Shown here: positions 18,756 through 27,347 of the stretch, in pieces
Position numbering within the stretch: position 1 is the stretch's first letter
Layout: the number at the start of each line of letters is the position of its first letter
Assembly (NCBI GenBank): GCA_002104905.1
Contig: MCFE01000822.1
Coordinates: 1 to 33,329 of the forward strand
Reading direction: 5' to 3'
Source of the DNA: Basidiobolus meristosporus CBS 931.73
Lineage: Eukaryota > Fungi > Basidiobolomycota
Length of the DNA stretch: 33,329 nucleotides
Notes under the pieces: model-generated
Databases searched by the model: none
The model's input: the letters and a program-made list of their open reading frames with translations, nothing else
Told to the model about the DNA's origin: nothing
Made by a program: the position numbers and the translations under genes

Positions 18756-19742
18756 TTATATTTTGTCTGATGCTTCATCATCTAAAAATATGTTGTTGAA
18801 CTCCTCTAATTCATCGTTAGATAAATGTTTTATATATCTAATAGTAAAGTCTTTAGATTTCTTTTCTAATATTTCTTTTAACCTATCTAATTTGCATGTT
18901 AAATTCACAAATTGCCGTCTAATTTTTACATCAAGTTTTTGTTCTAAATTTGTGTTAAAATTCCAATCTACTCCGACCAGCTCTTGTCGTATATTCTTTA
19001 ATCTTTGCTCTGATTTTTGTTGGTTTATTTTAACCTCTACTCTACGTTCCAAAACTTTTTTATATTCTTGCAAGACCCTTTTTAATTCTTGTTTAGCCAA
19101 ATTCAAATCATACTCTAACGTATTTAATTTGTCTTTTAATTGTTGATCAGAATTGGTTTCCAAATTTTGTACAAAATCGTCAACATATTTGTTACCCAAT
19201 TTGTTTATTAACAAAAAAGTTTTTACGTAATCCTTAAGTTGTGTTATATTATTTATCGTACTGGAACCAAAATAAAGCCCATCTTTAAACGACAATTTAA
19301 TAGCCCATTTAATGTTATTTAGAATAAATAAATCATATCTTCCCAATTTAATAGATTCCATATCTATCATAGCTTGTGATAGAACAACTAAAATTATCGA
19401 ATAACAATGGCAGGCTAAACTTGTTCCTAGTTTTATTTGGAAAATGTGCCATATTACTGGTAATATTAATATCAAATTTATTATTGCATATTTTTTATTG
19501 CTATCATACCAACTCGGATTTAACAAAACTTGCAAATGTTTTCTACGCAGAACTTTGTAATTAACTATCCAACATGTTGCAGATATTAAAATATAAAACG
19601 CAATGTGTAAAAACCATGCAAAAGATATGAAAGTATCGTATTTTTTTGTTGTATTAAATACCTGAATGTATAAATAAAATACGAAAAATGCACATGAATA
19701 TTTTTGGACAAATTGTCTAAATGCGTAACTTAATTCTGCCAT
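18756..19742 (-). CDS. 4-TM/coiled-coil multigene family, copy 5 (328 aa from the ATG at 19742)
   Basis: MAELSYAF start; ISATCWIVNYKVLRRKHLQVLLNPSWYD; C-terminal half nearly identical to copy 4. Confidence 0.9.
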   Translation of the reverse strand: MAELSYAFRQFVQKYSCAFFVFYLYIQVFNTTKKYDTFISFAWFLHIAFYILISATCWIVNYKVLRRKHLQVLLNPSWYDSNKKYAIINLILILPVIWHIFQIKLGTSLACHCYSIILVVLSQAMIDMESIKLGRYDLFILNNIKWAIKLSFKDGLYFGSSTINNITQLKDYVKTFLLINKLGNKYVDDFVQNLETNSDQQLKDKLNTLEYDLNLAKQELKRVLQEYKKVLERRVEVKINQQKSEQRLKNIRQELVGVDWNFNTNLEQKLDVKIRRQFVNLTCKLDRLKEILEKKSKDFTIRYIKHLSNDELEEFNNIFLDDEASDKI

Positions 19743-20254
19743 TGAGAAAGTTTTTTTTCGTATATTATTAATAATATGAAAAATGTGAATACCAATCATT
19801 AAGAATTATAACACAACTTTTATTTTTTGTTAAGTTTGCGCTAATACTTTTTGTATCAAAGTTTAATTCCAATTATTCAAACGTCAAACTCGGACTTTAA
19901 AAATAAAACTTTTGTCGAATAAAAATAGTTAAACAATATTTGAACCTCAAGATCCAAAGTTTTTGTCCAAGAAAAAATGGTTAAACCGGATTTGAACCTC
20001 AAGATTAAATTTTTTGCCCGAGAAAAATATTCAAACCAAACTTAAACCTATAAATAAAAACTATAATAGTTTGCATAATACTTTCACATAACCATTTGAT
20101 TATATAATCTCAAAGACAAATAAAAAAATATTTTCCACAAACCCCGAGAAAATTTTTGTTTAAGAATTAAATCGGAGTCTGTAAATTAATATTTTATTAT
20201 TGTCCAAAAATGGCATTTAAACCCTTACAACCATTTTGTTATGAATATTAACAT

Positions 20255-21253
20255 TTAGATGTTATAATGCTTTTTGAGAGCTCCCCTAAATGCTTTCCAA
20301 GTATACGGAATTATCGTGTCTTTTACTACCGATATTATCCCGTCAGAATTGGAATAGATTTCTCCAATGTCCGTCATGGCTTTGTTTAAAAGGTCCATAT
20401 TTGTTTCTTTAGGACTAAACTCGCCATCTACGAAACTATTTTTCCCCAATGTCGAGTCACCATCCGAGAAAAAAGTATCATCCAAAGTCTGTTCGTATGT
20501 TATGTACAAACTTTTATCAGATTTTGGTTCGTCTGCAAAAAGAATATTTGTTTCCAAAGTTGGCTCCTTGGTTAAAGAAATATTTATGTTTAACGGCTGC
20601 TTTTCTGTTATATAAATATTTTCTTTTAATGTTGACTTCTCGATCGTAGAAATATTTTCCTCCAAACCCGATCTGTCAACAGTCGAAATATTTATATTAG
20701 ATTCGTCAACCGTTGGAATATTTCTCTCTAAACCCGATCCGTCAACCGCAGAAATATTTTTTTCCAAACTCGGATTTTTAAGTGACGAAAAAATATTTCC
20801 CAATCCGAGTTTATGGCATGAAGAAATATTAGTTTCTGCAATTGGTTCGTCGGATGATAAATTGGTTTTGTCATCACACTTATCATCCGACAACCTTTCT
20901 TCTTGCAAATTTTTTTGTAGATTTTGAGAATTTGTATTAATAACAGATTGCAATTCTTCTTCTGTATATAGGTAATGTTCTATTAATGCGACGTAAGTCT
21001 GTGCAACCTTTGATATATGATACCCGCAATATTCTGAATCTTGTTTGACTTTGCGGCCGCATTTAGAACCTTTATTATGTCCGGTGGTTATTATAGCAAT
21101 ACATTTACAACTTTTCGCAGATTTGTCTGGATTATATTCTTGTTTGGCTAATATGGCATTTTTTGCATTGCAAATATGAAGTATACATTGGTTAAACCTT
21201 TCGGTTATATCGCTTTCAAGTTCGGCAAATAACTTCTGAATCTCGAATTCCAT
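20255..21253 (-). CDS. Hypothetical protein with an N-terminal CCCH-type zinc-finger-like motif and an acidic degenerate ~12-aa repeat tail (332 aa)
   Basis: CIAIITTGHNKGSKCGRKVKQDSEYCGYH (C-x13-C-x10-C-x2-H), a motif style common in giant-virus proteins; repeats LEKNISAVDGSG, LERNIPTVDESN, LEENISTIEKST. Confidence 0.75.
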   Translation of the reverse strand: MEFEIQKLFAELESDITERFNQCILHICNAKNAILAKQEYNPDKSAKSCKCIAIITTGHNKGSKCGRKVKQDSEYCGYHISKVAQTYVALIEHYLYTEEELQSVINTNSQNLQKNLQEERLSDDKCDDKTNLSSDEPIAETNISSCHKLGLGNIFSSLKNPSLEKNISAVDGSGLERNIPTVDESNINISTVDRSGLEENISTIEKSTLKENIYITEKQPLNINISLTKEPTLETNILFADEPKSDKSLYITYEQTLDDTFFSDGDSTLGKNSFVDGEFSPKETNMDLLNKAMTDIGEIYSNSDGIISVVKDTIIPYTWKAFRGALKKHYNI

Positions 21254-21562
21254 AGTTAGTTAACTCGCGAGTTAATCCGATATTTGATTTAAAATCAGGT
21301 GATAATAGAGAATATTTATATAACATAAATGGTACAGGTAATAGGAACTAATACTACAAAATAAATGAAAAAAGTCTGGTTTACTTATTTAGGCAGGCGC
21401 ATCCTTGACCAGTCAATAAAAAAAACTTTTTTAAAAAATTTTTTCGCCAAACATTTTTTTTTGCAAATTTAATTCTGGTGAGTTTAGTTTAGTATATTAT
21501 CCACATTTTTTTAACAACCCGTTTTTAACTTGAAAACTTTTTTCTACACCGTAAATAACCAA

Positions 21563-21928
21563 ATCTCAACTTAAAACTTTTTTTATAAACCGTAAATAAT
21601 CTGATCTCAACGACAGACTTTTAACCTTTATTCTTAATTTTTAAACTTTAACTAATCCGATCTCAACTTAAAACTTTTTTTATAAACCCTAAATAATCTG
21701 ATCTCAACGACAAACTTTTAACCTCTATTCTTAATTTTTTAAACTTTAACCAATCTGATCTCAACTTAAAATTTTTTTATAAACCCTAAATAATCTGATC
21801 CCAACGACAAACTTTTAACCTTTATTCTTAATTTTTTAAACTTTAACTAATCTAATCTCAACGACAAACTTTTAACCTTTACCCTTAATTTTTAAACTTT
21901 AACTAATCTAATCTCAACGACAAACTTT
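21563..21928 (+). repeat. Two-subunit tandem repeat, A (~41 bp) and B (~56 bp), order ABABABBB(partial)
   Basis: Subunits start with ATCTCAAC at 21563(A), 21604(B), 21660(A), 21701(B), 21758(A), 21798(B), 21855(B) and 21911(B, partial). Confidence 0.9.
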
Positions 21929-22108
21929 TGTTAAACTCGTCTTCGACCATTTTTTTATTTTTGGCCCGAAACTTTTTTAAAAATAATTCTCAAACGTTAA
22001 ACTCTAATTATTATTTAATATTCAAACTTAACTGAGATAAAATTTTTTGCAAGTAGTTAGTTGGTTCAAGATTTAAACTTTGCAAAAAACTTTTTTTAAA
22101 AATAGTTT

Positions 22109-22750
22109 TTATAAGTTTGTATCATCCAAAAATATTCTTTTAAATTCTTTTAATTCATCATCTGATAAATGTTTAATAATTCGGAAAGGTTGGTTAGGAT
22201 ATTCTTGCATTATTTCTTGCAAACTTTTAGATAAATTTTTACGAATAATTTGTGTTAATATTTTTAATTTAGATATTAATGCACTATCATGAAGATCAGA
22301 AGGAGATAAATTAATATCCCAATTAATATTATCCAATAATACAAAATTATATATATTAGAGGTTTCGCATTTTTCGCATAAAAATATAATTATATAACAT
22401 ATAATAATTATATAAAGACATGTTTTTTGCAATTTGGGTGTTTCCGGAAGATTATAATATACCATAAGTAAAAAACCTAAAAGTAAAAGTATTCCATGTT
22501 TTTTATTTCCATCATACCAACGTGGATCTAGCAGGACTTGTAAACGTTTGCGACGTTTAATTTTGTAATTAACAACCCAGCAAGTTGCATCTATTAAATC
22601 AACGCATATAAAAAATATTATACCAAGAATACCTGTGCCAACAATTGGTTCATATGATGTTCCCAATAAAAGTGCAAATCCATGTTTCATGTCAAATACA
22701 TAATAAAATGCATAACAAAAATACGTTTTTAAAGAACCCATTTTTTTCAT
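22109..22750 (-). CDS. 4-TM/coiled-coil multigene family, copy 6, short and divergent (213 aa)
   Basis: IDATCWVVNYKIKRRKRLQVLLDPRWYD, LDNINWDINL and RIIKHLSDDELKEFKRIFLDD; most of the coiled coil is absent. Confidence 0.88.
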   Translation of the reverse strand: MKKMGSLKTYFCYAFYYVFDMKHGFALLLGTSYEPIVGTGILGIIFFICVDLIDATCWVVNYKIKRRKRLQVLLDPRWYDGNKKHGILLLLGFLLMVYYNLPETPKLQKTCLYIIIICYIIIFLCEKCETSNIYNFVLLDNINWDINLSPSDLHDSALISKLKILTQIIRKNLSKSLQEIMQEYPNQPFRIIKHLSDDELKEFKRIFLDDTNL

Positions 22751-24319
22751 GTTATTAAAACTATTAAGATATTGTTGTTATCAATAACTAACTTATAAAG
22801 TCTATATGTTTATACACAAATAATAAAATTTTTTGTTATATATACGACGTCTTTAACGCAAGACTTAAAATTATTTGTTTAGTATAATTTTAGTTGTTTC
22901 AACAAAGTTTGTCGTTTCGAAAAAGTTTTTTTATTTTTGTTTCAAGATCTAAACTTGGATTATCCCCAACAACATTTTCCGAATTAACTTTTTCCAGCGT
23001 TAAACCCAAAAATTATTATTTGTTAAACCTAAACTCGGTCAGAACAAAAAACTTTTTTAAAAATAATTCTTAACGACAAAACTTTTTCACGATTAGTTAA
23101 TTGCTTGAGAAGTGTAATTCAATGAAGGCAAGTCATATTCTATGAAATGTTCTGTATAGATCAAAGGCATCTGAATTTGGCGGACAAGTAGGTCCAATCA
23201 CAGACACCCCTTGAGGCCAGGGTTCAATTTGCCTGTTAGGTAAGGTACGCTCATTTGGTCAATGGCGCATTGGTATATTCTAGTATTAGATAGTGTGCAA
23301 CAAATAGACTATCTATGGCCTTTTGTGGACCAAGGTACATTCTTGCGGATTTGATGCCGCTTTATTTGGAATTAATACTACACAGTCACCAGCCCAGATA
23401 GGGAAGATTGCGAAAATAGAAATGGCTTGAGATGCTTGGAGTGAAGTGACTGACTCCGAAGTGCCACTGGAATACCTCCAGCCAGTACCCTGGTGCATGG
23501 ATCCGGCGGCTCATTACGCAATATGTAAAGAGTGGATAAATCAATACCGAAGAATAAAAGGAAGGCTGTCAACTGATGAGCAATTCTTGCCATAGACGCA
23601 CTATAAATTGAGGAGTGTTGCTTGACAAACGTTGTACTACTTTCCACTCTCCAAAAGCCTCACCGTTAAGCCGATTATTCCGCCTACAAGGTCTCCGCTA
23701 CCCAGCCTTGCATCTGGAGCTTGCCATTCTGCAAAGTGTTGCTACGCTCACTTGACTTCCGGCTCGTTTCCGATCATCTCTGAATGCCAGGCCACGGACG
23801 TAAAGCCAATGTATCAATTGTATTGACGAGAAATGTAGCGTGGAATAAAACGTTTGCCAGTGATATTAAGTATTTTTTGGGAGAAGTAAATTAGAAATGA
23901 ACAATCCTTAGGTGGATTAATGCATTTGGGTAAGAGACAGGCAAAAATCAATACCAAAACGCAAGAGAATTAGCATTTACATCAATAGTGGTATTTTCTT
24001 CCTATTGCCAAGGATATACCAGCCAAGGCTCATATATGTGAGCGCTGGTGGTTTGCAATTGGCAAGATTTTCTAATATGGTGGTTTGCGCTTGTAATGAA
24101 ATAATGTTATAAATCAATGTGATGATGTTGCTGGCCTTGACGTGGAAAACTGTTGGCATTACAACAGCAGTATAGCAGCCTACAGCTAGTACTGTATAAT
24201 GCTACTGCACCAGTTTACCAAATGGGATTTCCTTTTGCTACCTCCCCTTGCACCATTCCTATATTCCACTGTAGAAATACCCCAATTTATTTGCTTACCC
24301 ACTACTACCTTGGGTGTTC

Positions 24320-24668
24320 TGTTGTAAAAATTCGTATTTCCACCTAAATATTCACCTAACTTAGTCACTTAGATCATTACCTTCATATCCTAGAGAATAC
24401 TGACCAAATTCCTTGTCGGGATTTACTTAGAATATTTTCACCAAAATACCAGGTACCCAGAACATGAGAATTCTCAAATTTGTCCAAACAGCCCCAAACT
24501 TTGCACACATGTTCTTGGGACCTTCCTTAACCTATTCTATGTGTTTGTAATGCCAAGACCATGTAAAAGTATAAATACTACTTTTACATTCAATAAATCA
24601 TCAAGTGAAAACCACATAATCTACTTGTTCTCCCAATCACTTGCAATAGCTTCCAGACTCTTACAACA
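24320..24668. mobile_element. Solo LTR (349 bp) with TGTTGTAA...TTACAACA termini
   Basis: 8-bp terminal inverted repeat with TG...CA ends; flanks TGTTC/TATTC (5-bp TSD, one mismatch); homologous to 27000-27347. Confidence 0.75.
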
Positions 24669-25014
24669 TATTCCACATATGGTGAAATCAAAAAGAACTA
24701 TGGCCTCCTGCTTACTAACCTCCACACATGCACACACCAGCTGCAACTGATATCCCCCTATCACCTCAACTTTACAGCTATTCAGTTTGATACTTACAAA
24801 GTTGCCATATACCTTGTATTGCTGATAACATATACATCTTGCAAGTATAACCTTAGTTACATCCACTCTTGTCTTGAAGACCTCTTAAATATCCACAAAA
24901 TACTCTTTGATGCTTAGCCAATATATTCCTTCTACCTGCTGGACTCTAATCCCCCTTATAAGTGCATTCTCTTTCTTGTTTGTATAAATTCTGTATTAAA
25001 TGGTGTAAGAATGA

Positions 25015-25990
25015 GCCATTTAGGGCCTCTTTTACAGTCTGGGGTTCATCAATATGGTCTGAATAGGCATAGGCTGAGTTTGTGATTCTTATTTACATAG
25101 TAACTTGGACTATTTCTGGTCCTTGTGGATCCCCTGACTGTAGTATTAGAATGATCACTTCTGGGATATTCCTGGGCACAGATTCAGGCCGAATTGTGGG
25201 TGAAGAGCTTGTTGGAGTGAGAAAATTATCCTTGCTTTGCTGTAATTCAATCCTGACCATTGGTGAACTTGAAATCAAATTTTTGTCATCACCTTGTGTC
25301 ATTTATGTGAAAATTTTAAATTTTCATCAAACAACTTATCCATGGACTAGATAAGCTTCTTTGCATTAGTGTTTAGAGTCTGTGTGCATTACTCCCAATG
25401 CAGTAGCCTAAATATACGCATTTTACACTTATTGGAAGATATTTTGACTGATTTCTGGGCAGTTTCTTGGCATATGCTGTACACCCAAATATTCTTAGAA
25501 GTCCTGCACTACATTTGTATCCATAGCATGCCTCAAGTGGGGTACAGCTGGGAAGTATTGTGTTATAACTTCTATTTTAAGGTATACACTGTTGCAACTG
25601 ATTTTGCCTACAAGTCATAGGATAACTTTTGATCATGGATCATATATCTTGCCATATCAATTATTGATCTTTTTGCACATTCTGCCACTCCGTTTTGCTA
25701 TGGGGAGTATTGTAAAGTAGTCTCTTGCTTTATCCTATGAATTCTGCAGCAAGTGGATGAGCAGTGTTGAGGTATATTCTCCACCATTGTCAGAATGTAT
25801 TTTCTTGATTATTTCATTAGTTTCTCTCTCCACTATGGCTTTAAACTCCCTGAGCTTAGACCAAGCTTCTTCTTTTCTCTCCATGAAGTAGACCCGCATG
25901 TATCTTGTTGAATTCTTAGTTTTGCTGAGGCACAATCTTAATTTTGTTGAAACAGACACTAAACCAAAAGGTTCAGTAATCTTCAACTAT
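25015..25990 (-). pseudogene. Decayed Ty1/copia retrotransposon fragment (integrase core to the start of the RT region)
   Basis: STRYMRVYFMERKEEAWSKLREFKAIVERETNEIIKKIHSDNGGEYTS, then a degenerate QNGVAE...LRIFGCTAY...KCVYLGY, and DEPQTVKEALNG at ~25017-25050; many stops and frameshifts. Confidence 0.85.
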
Positions 25991-26129
25991 ATTTTTCTGA
26001 TCAAGTTAAATTAGTAAGTGCCAAGAGGCTGGACTAATTGAAATCTGCTGGGGTGTTGATAGGTACATAAGATCAATGCAAAATTGCATCATTAATTAGC
26101 TGATGTCTTGGCAACTACCAAGTAGTTGG

Positions 26130-26576
26130 ATAGATCTCAGATGACTAATCCTTTGGAAAGGCTTAGCAGATCAGTTGAGGATGTAATGATCACTTGAAAA
26201 TTGATCAGGTGTGACAGCTAAAAATAGATTTGAGAAGTGATAAAATAAAGCATAACAGGGATTAGTTATGTTTAGGCTAGGGAAAATCAGTTAGGGTACT
26301 AGATTTTCTAACGGAGTGAAATTGGCCAAGTTTTAAATGCTGATGCACAACAGATAAAGCTCAGATGACTAATGACTTGGAAAAGCTTGGCAGATCAGTT
26401 GGAGATGTAATGACCACATGAGAAATGACTAGGTGTGACAGCTAAAAATAGATTGTGAGATTGGATAAAATAAACCATAACTTGGATTGGTTATGTTTAG
26501 GTCAGGGAGAATCAATTAGGGTACTAGATTTTCTAACAGAGTAAAATTGACTAAGTTATAAATATTTATGCACAAT
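26130..26576. repeat. Diverged tandem duplication, 2 x ~224 bp
   Basis: CTCAGATGACTAAT at 26136 and 26360; shared GGTGTGACAGCTAAAAATAGATT and TAGGGTACTAGATTTTCTAAC. Confidence 0.85.
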
Positions 26577-26999
26577 GGCTTGTGATTGCCTGGAGATCCC
26601 CATCAGTTCCCCCAGCCTACTGGCCATTCTGGCAACAAATCAGCTACTGCAAATGAATACCTCTCACTTCCAATATACTCAGACTTTCATATCTCATGCC
26701 TGGCTTCCCAGGAAACCTCTCACAGACCTAGCTAGCTGGGAGAAGTAGTAGCTTTCAGCTTCTCAACTGTCAGACCAGGCTTACCAGAAAGATATCTTTT
26801 GGACCTAGTTTTCTAGGATTAACTTCATATTAATGTGACTTCTTTACATACTTGTTGTAGGTAAATAAAGAAATCACCACCTGGTAATTTTCATCCCCTC
26901 TGCCTAACCGTAACTTCACCTGGTTCCTGCTGAAGAATTGTAGTTGGAGATCTAGATGTAAAGAAGTTTGATAAATACATCATGCAGTCAGGAAAGCCC

Positions 27000-27347
27000 A
27001 GTTGTAAAAATTTGTAAATCCACCTGAATGTTCACCTAACATAGTTACTTAGATCATCACCTTCAGATCCTAGAGAATACCAACCAAATTCCTTGTTGGG
27101 ATTTACTTTGAATATTTTCACCAAAATATAAGGTACCCAGAACATGAAAATTCTCAAAGTTGTCCAAACAGCCCCAAGCTTTGCACACATGCTCTTGGGA
27201 CCTTCTTTAACCTATTCTACATGTTTGTTATGCTAAGACCATGTAAAAGTATAAATACTACTTTGACATTCAACAATCATTAAATGAAAACCACATAATC
27301 TACTTGTCCTCCCAATGACTTCCAGTATCTCCAAGACTCTCACAACA
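27000..27347. mobile_element. Solo LTR (348 bp), same family as 24320-24668
   Basis: (A)GTTGTAAAAATT...CTCACAACA, colinear with the 24320 copy and flanked by a perfect 5-bp TSD AGCCC (26995-26999 and 27348-27352). Confidence 0.8.

Larger units (their letters stand above)
1..23095. mobile_element. Giant-virus (Nucleocytoviricota) segment, probably an endogenous viral element; left end outside the window
   Basis: Contains an NCLDV-type D6/D11-like helicase, PolB and MutS7. ORFs are intron-free and AT-rich, and intergenic repeat modules (TCAAGATYTAAACTTT, AAACTTTTTCCGA) recur up to ~23,090, after which composition changes abruptly to eukaryote-like sequence with a retrotransposon relic and a fungal-type gene. 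Confidence 0.85.

Noticed and set aside
13498-19146. Plus-strand ORFs at 13498, 16051, 17345 and 18763
   Set aside because: Antisense shadows of the paralogous coiled-coil regions; their mutual similarity follows from the real minus-strand genes.
23313-24368. Short ORFs just right of the junction
   Set aside because: One plus-strand frame looks like a decayed coding sequence (DAWSEVTDSEVPLEYLQPVPW...) but it has stops and no motif I recognise.
24669-24900. Copia RNase H remnant
   Set aside because: The apparent EYVV motif is partly formed by the LTR terminus; the remaining similarity is too weak to call.
24320-27347. A single LTR retrotransposon bounded by the two ~349-bp repeats
   Set aside because: Each repeat has its own flanking 5-bp duplication, and the outer flanks (TGTTC and AGCCC) do not match each other.
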